In this document: positions 1 through 11,861 of the stretch, in pieces | How positions within the stretch are numbered: position 1 is the first letter of the stretch | How the letters are laid out: each line of letters begins with the position of its first letter | Notes under the pieces: generated by a model | Told to the model about the DNA's origin: nothing | Databases searched by the model: none | What the model saw: the letters and a program-made list of their open reading frames with translations, nothing else | Program-made: the position numbers and the translations under genes | Origin: Klebsormidium nitens | Lineage: Eukaryota > Plantae > Klebsormidiophyceae | Direction of reading: 5' to 3' | Assembly (NCBI GenBank): GCA_000708835.1 | Contig: DF237568.1 | Coordinates: 1 to 50,570 of the forward strand | DNA length: 50,570 nt

Positions 1-391
1 TGTACTTTGGCAGCAGTAAGGAAAGGCGACCAATCAGGATGCTGAACGTGACCTTGTCCTCAAAAAAGGTAGGTACCGTGGGCAGACCGGTATGATGCTG
101 TCTGTAGCGGTACCGATTTCGTAGTTCCACCGTGGCATGGCTTCTTCCTCATTGATGTCAACATCTTGTCGTCAGAAGAAGGGAGCCAGCTGCAAATTCT
201 TTGATTCTTTGTCAATTCCCAGACTCAAGAGTGGGGTTGACCGCTAGGGACTTCCCCACACATGTGCATCCGCTCCTATTCAGGACGAGTGAATACGGGC
301 TCTTGGTCAGCTGAGCACAGTTTCCAGGCGGCTTTGATTGCCTGAAAGCACGTCGTCACGCCCAGTGTGAAGCAGAGAGCAGCTGGGTGCA

Positions 392-3300
392 ATGGCATGC
401 GCGGGTGCTGCTGCAACTGCACCGTTAGGTATCTCCACGTTTGAGAAACGTGCGAGCTGGTCTGGAATGCAGGCGGACAGTCAATGCCACACGTCAAGCG
501 TCGCTAGGCTGTGTGTGGTGTTCTCCAGAGAAAGCAGCTGGTTGTCTGCAGCTTTGTTGAGGAGTAAAACGTGCAGGGAGCGACAAACGCTGTGTTCTTG
601 TGTAGATAAAAGCCAATTCGCAGCAACTTTCAGCTCCGGAAGGCCTCCGCCAGACAGCCGAAGAGGGCAGAAATGGCTGGGGAGGACACAAGCGCAATTG
701 GCAACGTCGGAAGCAGCTGAGACTGAACGATTTGACAGCCAATGTTCCGAATTGGTGGGATCTCTGGACAGGTTTCCAGGTCGGTGGCGGTTGCTCAGTG
801 ATTGTTTTTTGATCCAAACAGGAGCAGCTTCTCACTTCCGTGGCCCAGAATGTGCCAGAGACGAGTGTCCAATGAATGAGACTTGTTTAAGAAGGTGCTA
901 GTCTGGTCTTCATTCAGTGGCCAAGGGTAGTCTGATTGGCGATGAGTTGATATGATCCCCTGTTTAGGGTCTACTTTTCTTCATTGCTTTGGTGGGTCAA
1001 GTCAGCTTAGATTCAGAGTGAACTGCCTCTTGAGTGGAAGAGGTTTACTGCGTGTTGCTTGGAAGGAGTCTGAGCCATGAAGTCAAGCTGAGTCACAGCA
1101 CCACCAAGCGCTCCTTAAGAAGGCTTAGACAAGGAGCTCCAGTGTAGACAACCATGGTTGTCTGAGCAGAAAGGTATCTCTCTGAACCGATCCTGTCCTG
1201 TGGCAGTACACGAAAGAAAGTTGACCCTCAACTCATAAGCACAGCTGCTTATTGTTGTCGCAGATGACCGTCTGCAAAAGGTGGCCCACCCGTCCGCCAC
1301 CCCCCTCCTCTTCCTTGAGCACATTCAGTACCAGTGGAAGACGCTGCAAGAAAGGGTGCCGGACCTAGCGGACCTGCCACTGCCCCCCGAGATCGCCCTC
1401 CAGACGAGCGCCAAAGGGAAGTGTGGGGCTAGAGTTGAGAACTGGGCGTTCCAGTCGGACACAATGAGGAGAGTGCGCATGACCTACTTCTACAGTGGGG
1501 ACGGGGGGCAAGCTTACAACTGCCTAGTCTATCCAGATACGAGGTGAGGAACGAACCACTTTCATTGATGAAACTGTTTGCTAAAGATTCCTTGATCCTG
1601 AAGAGTTTTCAGATGGTCAACTTTGAAGAGCAGATGAAGAACCTGTCTGTTGCTTACGACACGTATAGCCATCACAGCAGGACCCTTCAGTCCCTGGCGC
1701 CAATAATCTTCCAGTCTGATAAAATCTGCTCTTTCAGAGACAGCACTCTCGTCTCGGTCCTCGGTATCTGGCTTCCTAATTCTTGTATGTGGCAGGAAGT
1801 ACCACAGACTGGAAGCGCGGCCACCTTATCAGTACTTCGCTCTGCGTTTCCATGCAGATTTGACGTGCCTTTACTAGGAGTCGACCTGATTTGCCTTGGG
1901 AAAGACCGCATCCTGTATGTCATCGATTTCCAGCCCCTACAAATGTCAGACGACTACTTGGTGAGCCCACCGTTTCCTGCAATATCCATCTTCAAGTGGC
2001 TCGCAGCGTCTGTGGGCTGCTGCCCAGTCTCTTGTAGTACCTTAAGCGTGCTTGAGCGCGCGCAGGTCCATTGCGGAACCAGATTGAGGGCCCGCTCAGC
2101 GTGATTCCTTCGAGTGCAGTTTCATGGAGATGGCACACTAGTGCATCGTCTCCCAAAACGCTATTTACTTTTTGGCAATGCCATGCGAACAGTGAGGAGC
2201 GCGATTGGGGCGTCTTTTAGAAGAGCGCCGCTGCTTTGCATCTCCTTTCTTGCGGTGAAGTTTATCACATCCAACGACAATCGCACTTTCTAATGGTGCC
2301 TCGATTTTCTGGTTACTGCGTTTGAAAAGAAAGCGCCACGGTCTTGCGGTTTTGTGCTTACTGTACTTTCCAACACCTTCATAAACGATGAGACGATCTA
2401 TCGGTTCCTCACAAATCTTGGGGCACTGTCTTCAGGAGAAGTACACGGCAATCCTGGCCCCCGTCCACGAGCAGTACCTGGACCTGATCGGGAGCATGTC
2501 TGCGAAGCACTTCGACGAGGCCCAATTCTTCTCGAAGCGCATGCTCTTTGTGCGCACCGCCGACACTGACCTCTTCAAGGTGAGCCCTCGTGTTCCTTTC
2601 TCGAACCACGAGATTTCCAAAGGAGCGCACTTCCTTCGTCCTGTACAGGCCCCACGTGCTGCACTCGTGTCAAAAAATCATCGACCTTCGTTCGGGTATG
2701 AGAAACGGAGCCCGACCTTGATCGTTCTCGTCCTCAGAAGCAAAGCAAGGAGTCGTTCGCGTTTCGGTTGCATCGACTGGAGAGTGACTTTCATTCTGGA
2801 ACGAGGCAGCATTAGCAGGATCCTCTGGGACGAAGAAACTATCAGAGCAGCCGAGGCTTACTCCCATTTCGATTTTGTATTGGGCACTTTGCGAAAGTCA
2901 GACTTAGAAATTGCGTCGACCAGGAAGCGCAACAGCTCAGGAGAACGCTGTGATTAGTGACAGTGCTTATAAGGGCACCTCAGGTATTCCAGCCTGAGCG
3001 ATCATGTTCCTGACTGTTCTCGGACCGGAGATCCGAAACCCGCAAGCCCATACCAGCATTTCCCAGTCGGAAAAGATCTCATCTGCGAAAGCGCGTGCAA
3101 TTCCGCAGGCTCCGCACGGGCGGCTTTTCCACGCGTTGATGGAGTACCTGGCTGCGTACCACGCCGTCCTGGAGCGCGCGGTTCCGGACGGCAGCGCGGA
3201 CGCCCGGCAAGCGGTCCAAGCGGCGCAGGACGCGTATGACGTGTACAGCGAGCAGCGGGACCCGGCCATCGGGCTCTTCCGGAGCTACTTCGGGCACGAG

Positions 3301-3888
3301 GTAAGAACACGTTCCTCAATTTTAATCTTGTTGCTGGTGTCTGCGTGTTGTCTTCCTGAAGTCACGCCGTCGCCTAGAGTCTCTTCCGGAAGTGAGCAAG
3401 CGTTTGGGGGGGAGGAAACCAGCATCGGGCCGCGCCCCTCTGGTTGGACGCAAGCAACCTAGCGGACGTTCTAGGTCGACTTGCTTCGAAAGTCGGGTGC
3501 CGAGAAAGGTTTCTTTTGACCTCCCACATGTGTTTCTGATCAATTTACATGGAGCATTGGATCCTCCGCACCTCCTCCTGTAGCAATCAAAACTTCCTCT
3601 GATTCACGTTTCTAAGATTCAGACTGGTTCGGATCCCATCTCTATGGCAACGGAGCGTGTCGCTGGGCAGCCTGCTAAATGTGTCCAACTTTGACCTTGT
3701 GAACTTTCTTAACCTGGTGAAATAGCTTCATTGATTGGCGCAACGTTGATCAGCAACGGAAGGATCATTTATTGCTAATTTGTCGTTGTCGTTGTGTCGA
3801 GCAGTGGGCCGAGTCCTTCACTAAGGACTTCCTCTTTCCGGGGTCGAGAAGAACAGACGCGAAAGATGAGCACTTCGACGTGAGTTGA
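392..3888 (+). CDS. PUBS: Ferredoxin-dependent bilin reductase, PebA lineage (phycourobilin synthase-like), probably plastid-targeted; 6 exons, ~396 aa
   Basis: Phase-compatible exons 392(or 467)-779, 1264-1543, 1858-1960, 2436-2579, 3109-3300, 3805-3888. The product contains RRVRMTY...YNCLVYPD, FDVPLLGVDL...VIDFQPL, FFSKRMLFVR, QDAYDVYSEQRDPAIGLFRSYFGHEWAESFTKDFLFP, which follows the PebA pattern (GVDL, DFQP, RDPA, FLFP). Exon 1 is Ser/Arg-rich and transit-peptide-like, and is the least certain part. Confidence 0.88.
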
Positions 3889-4562
3889 GGAATGTCTTGT
3901 ACCATGTATAGTTCAGAAATTTGACATGCGAGACGGCTAAACAGCCGTAGGTGTTGTCGAATGAGACGGGAATCTTACCATCGTTGATCGCACTAGCTGA
4001 GCCACTAGTTGCTAATGCCAGAAACTTCCAACAATATGCAACAACGATCTGTATAGTAGGGCTCTGCTTGACGTCTTTGCAGTTGGTCTAGCAGACATCA
4101 TTGACCCCCTATGTAGCCATCACTGGAGACTGACTAATCAGCTCGACAAGTCGGTGATCGAGAAGGAGATTAGAAACAATTCAGCTACCTCGCCCGCTAG
4201 ACCGTCCGTTCCATGTCAAGAGAAACGTAAACAATGTGACAGGCACGGCTCGCAAACAGCTCGAGTGATTCTGTTTTGTGCCATCTTCGTTTGGAGCACA
4301 TGTATGCTTCGTTGTCATGACAAAGATCATGTACAAGATATCGTCAAATCAATGCGTGGCTTGCTCCTTCCATGCCAGTAGCTTCGACCCTAGACTTCTT
4401 AGATCAACGTGACAGGCTTGGCAAAAGGCGCACACATGTGAGTCAGAATTTGATTATGAAGCGCGCCGCGACTAATCGGAGCGTCGTCTGCGCAAGCTCA
4501 GTACCGAACATCTGTCTCCGGCGCCAGGACAAGTTGAGCCTGGCTGCGCGCACCTAGCTTAG

Positions 4563-5885
4563 TACACGGGACAGCTACGGTGCAAAATGCGGCCGGGGCA
4601 AATTGACCGGAATCAAATTTATCGGCGGCGGAGCACGCCGCACATTGCGACGATACGGTCGAATTTTGACGGGTCAAATTTGGGTACTTCGTGGGTGGTC
4701 GATCGGTCGACCGTACCAATATCCCCCGAGTTTTTGAAGGTCTGCTGCAAATTTGCCCCAATTTTCCCATATTTGGCTGTAAAATTGGGGTGTAAAGCCA
4801 TGACTCCACAAGGACTTCCAATAGATATACAGAGATGCAACCTGTGCAGGGGGTTCAAGCTTGGAGTGTTGAAGAGCATGATGTAATTCACTTGGCAAGG
4901 AACTTCCATTTCAACATGGTTCCAGGCTCATAATCAGGCAAAGGTAGGCAAAGAAGAGCTTTGTCAAGACCACCATATCTTGAAGACAAAGGGCAACTCT
5001 TCACATCAATCCTTCAAATTGGACCCTCATTCTCACGGCCGTTGAAATATCGTAAGGGGTACCCAAGTCCGCGGTCAGCCGGGCAGTATTTCAGTCTTTA
5101 CGCTATTTGTAAATTACGCCCGGGGCGTACCGGTACCGGTAGGGACAAAACAATTATGTACGGTCCGTACCACTTTACCGGTAGGTAGAGAGAACTGGCA
5201 CGGAACCGCAATAGTGTGTCAGAAAGTACGTACCGTACCGGCAAAGGAATTCACCTTTAAATAATTATTTTGAGGAAAACCGAAAAGTTGGAAACTAAAT
5301 TGGGCCCCCAGGGCGAAAAGGAGAAACCAGTAAAATAATAGAAAATAGCTCGAATCTGCTAAAATAAAGTTCAAAAATTCGCTTGCCGCGAAATGTAAAA
5401 TAACTTCTCAGACCCCTTGGCGAAACCTTAAAACTTCCATAATTAATTATTCTCGGCCGATGGGGGTGAATTCCTTTGCCAGTACGGTACCAACATGGTA
5501 CCATCCTGCCATCCAGCCGCAGAGCTCCTAAAAGTGGAACCGTGTAGTAGCTAGGGTAGGTGTTGTCTAAATAAGGTAAATACGCATGTACCGGCCGATC
5601 TATAAAGTCCATGTGCTTTATCCTGCCATGCCAATTTCTATTACAGCGTTACATCCTGGTAAGTCCGGTCAATCGATTTCCGGGCAATTGTAGAAATGAA
5701 TAATCCGGGGCCAAACTGCCGCAAATTGACAGCGATTTTCTACCCCGGTCAATTTCGGCCGCGGCGAGAAGTGCCGGGATTTGGCGCAACTGCAAAATTG
5801 GACTCGTACGGAACTCCGGTGAAATATCCCCGCCGGACGGTGCAATTCCGCCCCGACCTACATTGCACCGTAGCTGTCCCGTGTA
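4563..5885. mobile_element. Non-autonomous TIR DNA transposon with probable TA target-site duplication (Tc1/mariner-like)
   Basis: TACACGGGACAGCTACGGTGCAA (4563-4585) is the exact reverse complement of 5863-5885, i.e. a 21-bp TIR plus TA at each end. Subterminal AAATTGACCGG (4600-4610) is mirrored by CCGGTCAATTT (5745-5755). No transposase-like ORF inside. Confidence 0.8.
5231..5489. mobile_element. Nested MITE (~255 bp) inside the larger TIR element
   Basis: GTACCGTACCGGCAAAGGAATTCACC (5230-5255) and GGTGAATTCCTTTGCCAGTACGGTAC (5465-5490) are 26-bp inverted repeats with one mismatch. Ends read TA|CCGT...ACGG|TA and the interior is AT-rich and non-coding. Confidence 0.75.
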
Positions 5886-6695
5886 GGTGACCGTGACGTG
5901 CTGGCATGCGCGCTGGGCGCGACGGGTACGTTCCGCGGCGGCTTCAAACTGACAGACTGCATAGACTAAAATTTGCATGCTGCTTCCCGGCCATCAAGTT
6001 TTTAGCTAGCTTCCGATCCAGACAAATTGTAGTAAGAAGCTCGCCGGTGAGTCATGCATGTTGTATAAGTCTAGCTGTTCGAGAACCTAGAACCTACATG
6101 TTCGCGATCAAAGCCACATTGACATCGGAAGGTAGACTGCAGGCCAGGGATTCAGTAGATTTAAAGAGATTCCTCAAATCAGGTTTCCTCCGAGACGGTG
6201 TGGCGCCGCTCTTTAATGACGTATGCCTACGATGAGCATCTGGCACGCGGGCAGTGCATGCAGCCAACACATTCAGTACATTCAATATGACTCAATTGGA
6301 ATATTGATTTCAAGCTAGAGCAGGCCTCGGGAGGAGATATTGCATGCACCGCTTCGATTTCTATCATTCTTGAGCCTAGGCTTAGATCTGAGAAGCCACA
6401 CATATGGTCTTATGGTTTGTCATTTGTGGAGCTGCAAATCATCACAATATGGGCGTGCGTAGATATTCGTAGTGTCTATCCACACGATCAACTCTTCGGA
6501 CCAGAACGCTTTCAATTCAGATCCTGAGTGAAACAAAATAACAGAATTGGGCGTCACATAAGCACGCGGCATTGAGGAGAGTCTCTCAAGGATCTTATAG
6601 GCAGTCTACCGTCTTATCGGGCTGAACAAAAAATGTTCTGAGGTACTCAGTAGCCACAAATTTTATGCATCCAATTAATCTGGCGGTCCCCTTCG

Positions 6696-7907
6696 TCAAC
6701 GAGCAAAGCTGCTATTCAGTCCCCACCCATGTCTCTTTCTCATGTTTTCCTCAAGTTCTTTGTCCTGGTGATCGATAAGAAACTCCTGATATTCCAGATC
6801 GTCTGCATTCGTGCAAAAGCTCTCTAGATCTCCTATGATATAGTTGAAGTCTAGCAACGCCATAGTTCGGTAGAAAGGCGTGGCTGGATGTATGCCGTCT
6901 CCATGTGTCACTTGCAGCCACACGTGTCTTCTGTCCAGATACCTCGTCAATCTGTAGGCGTCGACTACTTTCCACACTTTGTTGACAGCAAAGTGTCGTT
7001 CCTGAATTTTGACAAAAAGATCCGTCCTTTCGTTTCGACGGATGGGATCAAGGTTCGAGATAACTTCCTCGTCGCAAGCCGTCATCGTATGATAGATAAA
7101 CTTGGTCAAGGGGAGCCCTTTCGTCCCACCAATGACCTGCGACGCCTTTTGTTGCTCAAGTATCTGCGTCACTTGGATGGTCAACTTCTCTAAGTCTTTC
7201 TCATAAGACAGTTGGCCTTGGCCATAAACTATGTGGTGCAATCCCATGTTAAATATGACCGCCGACGGCTGGATGGAATCCGGCTGAAAGAAGTACTCGC
7301 TGTAGCGTAAAACTTGAACAATGAACTGGGCCCCGAAATATGTGATACAGAAGTCGAAGCCCCCTTCTTCCAGATTTTCTTTCACGAGCTCGCGAGTTCG
7401 CCTAGGGTCATGATTCTGATCGGGCAACGTCCAAGTCTTACAGGCGCCTCGCTCGAGGCCCGTTCCGTTCCGAGGATCAGACGAACGGCAACAAATACCG
7501 CACACGAAATCTGCACGCACGGTATCTATACCCAAATCGTTAACCATCGCCACAAACTGGTAATGAAGCAGGGAGTCACCCATCAGATGCACCCACGCCT
7601 GGCCCTTTCTTGCGGCTAGAAAGCTTCCCAGGTCGGCAATTGATCGGAACTCCAGGTTGCAGTTCACTTTTTGGACCTGGTCCAGTGACGTGAGATTCGC
7701 CAGTTGAAGGATATCACACGGCACCAAGCAAGTGTCCTGCTCGATCCCATTGCTTCTGGAGTTCTCGAGCGCGAACCGTTCTGATACTTGGCTCTTGACT
7801 CCACTTGTGTGGAGCAAAGTCGGCCGCAGAAGGACGGAGTCTGTGGAATACATAACGTCGCGACTCACGAGTCCAACGAAGAACATTACGAGCCCTGCAA
7901 ATATCAT
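6696..7907 (-). CDS. Intronless SGNH-fold PC-esterase/O-acyltransferase-like type II membrane protein, 403 aa
   Basis: Single 1212-nt ORF with a hydrophobic N-terminal anchor (MIFAGLVMFFVGLV), a Cys pair, VHLMGDSLL (GDS nucleophile), VIFNMGLHH and GDGIHP (DxxH). An in-frame stop lies just upstream of the ATG. Confidence 0.8.
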   Translation of the reverse strand: MIFAGLVMFFVGLVSRDVMYSTDSVLLRPTLLHTSGVKSQVSERFALENSRSNGIEQDTCLVPCDILQLANLTSLDQVQKVNCNLEFRSIADLGSFLAARKGQAWVHLMGDSLLHYQFVAMVNDLGIDTVRADFVCGICCRSSDPRNGTGLERGACKTWTLPDQNHDPRRTRELVKENLEEGGFDFCITYFGAQFIVQVLRYSEYFFQPDSIQPSAVIFNMGLHHIVYGQGQLSYEKDLEKLTIQVTQILEQQKASQVIGGTKGLPLTKFIYHTMTACDEEVISNLDPIRRNERTDLFVKIQERHFAVNKVWKVVDAYRLTRYLDRRHVWLQVTHGDGIHPATPFYRTMALLDFNYIIGDLESFCTNADDLEYQEFLIDHQDKELEENMRKRHGWGLNSSFAR

Positions 7908-8918
7908 GGCAAGAGTTTGTCATTGCCAGTGTTGTTGCAAATTTTTTGAGAGCTCTGGTAGGATGTCACTTGCCGTTCTAGTCCTTTTGACATGACGAGT
8001 GTTTTCTGCCTCGAAACTACGCATGAATGATCAAGTGATTGATTCACTGCATAGTCAAGTCTGCTGTATAAGCCAGTGACGGCAAAGTCACGGTATTCTG
8101 CTAGACTCGTTAGCATTTTCTTCCTTGCTTTGAACTCAGCGAACGACCCGTGAGAGTGTATTTCGAACTGATCTGGGACTGTTTTCGAATACTTCAGTGC
8201 AAAGCAGTCGCTTTCGAGGTTACAACACAGTCACTCTGGCAGTTCGTTTACTAGAGTCTGAAGTGTACCTTACAGAATGACGAAGAAAGAATACGTGAAA
8301 AAAGTTCAGAACTTCCCATCTGGAAACATATGAAATTTTAGCACAACTTGTTCTGCCTTCCGGAAGTTGCATTTTTACCAAGATTGTCCTTAATTCTGAG
8401 AAACATCAGCGCCCATGACAAATATTATACGGTAATATCCATGCTCTGAAGTTTGAAGAGTCGAAGCTGCCTTTGTTTTACCTTCGATTTCTTGCGACTG
8501 ATGAAACCTACATATGGTCCATTTTTTTCAAGGCTAAAAGGATACACGACTTATTTCGAAAGATAATCGGACTCTCATCTTACCTGCGATTCCAGCTAGC
8601 GAGAGACGGATGGTGCCGGGCCCCATACCTGCCTTTACGAGGTCTTCAATGACGTTGAAGGACCTTCGAACCGAACCTTTTCATCAGATGTCCCTGCCCT
8701 GCAGCCAGCCGTCAGTGCGCGGAATAGATCACTTGGAGGCAACAGGACAAAACGATTCCGCCCGCAAAATGCCCTTTGCTTTTAGTATACTGTGAAATGA
8801 ACAAACCGCTAAGTGCTTTTGGAAAACGCGCTGCGGCTCCCTGAGCTCCCGGTTCCCTCCATGGCAAATGAGCAGAGAAAACTTCGCTCAATTTTCAGAA
8901 GGCTGCGGATTGGAAGGT

Positions 8919-9104
8919 TTGCTTGACGTGACGGCATGACTCCGAATAACTAGTACTCTGTATCCTCTGAAGTCTGCTTGATGTGACGGCATGCATGCCT
9001 CAGAATACCTATTACTTCGGATACTCTCATTCTGCTTGATGTGACGGCATGACCAGAATACCGTACTTCGGATACTCCGCAACTGCTTGATGTGACGGCA
9101 TGAC
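8919..9104. repeat. Degenerate 4-copy minisatellite (51-58 bp period) with conserved core TGCTTGA(C/T)GTGACGGCATG
   Basis: Cores start at ~8920, 8974, 9032 and 9083. The intervening segments are related to each other (CAGAATACC...TACTTCGGATACTC). Confidence 0.85.
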
Positions 9105-9687
9105 TTATAAATCTTCGTACTCTGATGATCCGAGTTTTGGCTCGATTGGCTTGCCGCTTTACTATAGTAAAGAGAGAGCTTTAGTAATGAAGTAACTTCG
9201 CGGTTCGGGCGACGTCGCTGTACGACGTCGCGGTGCGGCCCTGAGTGTAAGACTTAATCGGGCTTGCGGGAAAGCGTCGCAAGGCAGCGGCCGACTATGA
9301 AACGTACAGTTGATGGCAAAAATCTGCTACGTAATGGATGGCCTGCTTTTTCCGACTGCCCTGCGCGTCGGCGGGGGTCAGTGCTCTTTCTAACTACATG
9401 CATACATATCAATGTGTACAAGCATTACAAACATAGCTGTATATATCAGGGCCATGCATTCGATCAGTGACCGACCAAACGATTCCGACGCTTCAAGGTG
9501 TTCAAATCGGTCAACAATTCTTCTACGTTCAAAAACAAGCAAACAGCAGGCCTCGAGTCCGCAACTATACGAGCTGATAACGATCTCTGCACCATCCAGA
9601 ACGCTCTACTAGTGTTTACAGCCAAAAGTTCCTCCCCCAACCTTCGTGCGGATCCTACACTCTCTCTTTCCAAACTTCGCCGCTCTT

Positions 9688-11861
9688 TCACTGCCCCTTC
9701 TTACTATGATGCTCCCGGTTCAATTCTGCGACCGGTTCCGTCACCGAGGGCTTGGCCGGCCTGAGTCCTTCCCGGGGGCTTGGCCGGGGGCTTCCGGGGG
9801 CTTCCGGCGCCTTGGCCGGAATCCGGTGGTAATACGCCGCCATTGCCCGGGGGAGGAAGACGCACACCAGGAACCCGAACAGGTTAAAGTGCCAGAACAG
9901 CCAGTTAACCACCGCGAGCGCCTTGCCAAACGAAACCCACAGGTTCATGTCCCGGTTAACCAGCAGGGACCAGATGATAAGCGGACGGCCCAGAACCTCC
10001 GAGGAGATCGGGGGAGCGTCTCGCGTGAGGACACGTGTCACCCAGTGGTACAGCGAGGTGAGGCGCACCGCGTTGTAGAGGATCGGGGTTAGCGCCCTAA
10101 CCGGGAGCGAAACCCCGCGGGAGCCGTGGATAAGATTCTCGGTCAGGATCTGGCACGAGAGCAGGAAGAGGTGGGGGGAGCTCGCGAGCACGCTCTCCGT
10201 GTCGCCGCGCGAGAAGCCGCCCAAGATGTACGCCATAGGCAGGAACTGCACAAGAAAGGGCGACCGCGCACTTAATGGCCAAACAAATGGACCGCTGGCC
10301 CGGACGTTGCCGAAAGAGAGATCGATGGTTGACTTTCGGAGTCGGTAGTCTTTTCTTCCGATTCCTTGTAATCCATTCCAGAAGTACCTTTCGGAAGTTC
10401 GAGCATCAGAAAGTCATCAGTAGGATCGCGTGCCGGTTTTACGGCAACCTGTACCGTGATAGAGAGGAGAGGAAACCACTTTTTCATCCCGTTCGTGGAA
10501 CAGAAGCCCAGTTACACGGCGGTGGGTAGGTTGAATCGACAGGATTCCCTAAAGGGACAGCATCTGTCAAGTTTGGGGCCTTTTACAAAGCGCTTTTCAG
10601 ACAAGGACGAAGAATCCGGCGTTCTAGATTTAACCAGGGCACGGACTTCGTAGCTTACAAGAAGCTGAGAGACAACTTTCTCAACATTCGTGTTCCTGTG
10701 GACATGAACGAACGGGTGCGAGAGGACGGGAAGAGATCAAAACGAAACCAGTCAACTTCAGTCAGACTTCGCGGTAAACAGCACAGAGCAGTTCAGCAGT
10801 TTCTGACAGACACGTATTCGTTCAAGAAAGCGGATGCAAAATCTCCGTTTGCTCGCTGATAGCTCTCAATGACGTGATATGGATACTCGAAGTGCGGCTC
10901 CGACAAGAGGTTGCAATTGAAGCTGAGAATTTCTCATCCATCATCTTCATCGCCGCTCTTTCAAGACCGAAGCGGACACTCAAACTAAAACGGCAAACCC
11001 GACTAGCATAGGCCCAAATGTGGGCTGAAAGTTTGCGATCAATGAGCGTGGCCCAGATGCTGGAGTAACAGGCATTCCATGGAGGTTAATTTTGGAAAAG
11101 GAAGACGTTCTTACAAACCGCAGACACAACTCAGGCTGAAGGGATATCTGCGCGGAATTCATGTGAACGAAAAGTGCTCGACATGTCAAAGGTCGATAAA
11201 ATCCGCAAGTAACCAAAGAATCCTTGCTTCATCCGATATTGACAGCTCAAACAGAGCACTGCTGCCTACTGGGTTGAGTTTACAATTTGCTCTCTCATCC
11301 AATCCTCATTTTGCAAGTTCATAACCATTGCGTCGAATCAGGGTCGCATTCTCCTGCATAATCTGTCACCTACTTACCCTCTTAATGGCCAAGTACACAC
11401 TCTCAATCGCAACGGCATAAGTGTCTTACACGGATATTCAACAGACACCAACCTGAAACCAGCCCAGCTCCAGCTTTTATGCGCGCGCTCACCAGGCCAA
11501 TGAGCGCGCCGGAGAGCACGTAGACCTTGAAGAGGCGGCAGCCCCGGAACAGCCGCGGCGGGGCCTCGCGTGACGTCGGCGGGAAGACGAATCCGTTCAG
11601 GATGGCGATATACGCGGACGCGAAGATGGGGAATACGAGGTCGAAGAAGGGCACGTTCCCGCTGGTTCCCAGCACCACGATGAACGTCACCAGCTGCAGG
11701 TCCACTATCGTCAGCGAGTTGAGCACGTGCGTCAGCAGGCCCTCGGGTGACGTCGCCTCCGCGGGCGGCTCCGCGGCCGCGGGGTCTCGCGGAGTTTTGG
11801 GCCGCGGCCAGGGGTTCTCCGCGTGCGCCACCTGGACGCCGCCCATTGTGGCGCCGGACAT
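9688..11861 (-). CDS. Plant multi-pass membrane protein of unknown function (At5g52420-like), paralog 1; 2 exons, ~308 aa
   Basis: Exons 11861-11493 and 10245-9688 (phase 0). Motifs QLVTFIVVLGTSG, FVFPP, PHLFLLSCQILTE, SLPVRALTPILYNAVRL, LAVVNWLFWHFNLFGFLVCVFLPRA match my recollection of this streptophyte family. Confidence 0.85.

Noticed and set aside
1264-3888. Recent cyanobacterial pebA transfer or contamination
   Set aside because: The gene has canonical spliceosomal introns, host-like codon bias and a probable transit peptide.
4498-5978. Short ORFs inside the TIR element as transposase remnants
   Set aside because: No DDE/D, HTH or other transposase-like motif in any listed frame.
8919-9104. 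CRISPR-like array (repeat ~20 bp, spacers 29-38 bp)
   Set aside because: The spacers are homologous to each other, the core is not palindromic, there are no cas genes, and the context is eukaryotic. It is a minisatellite.
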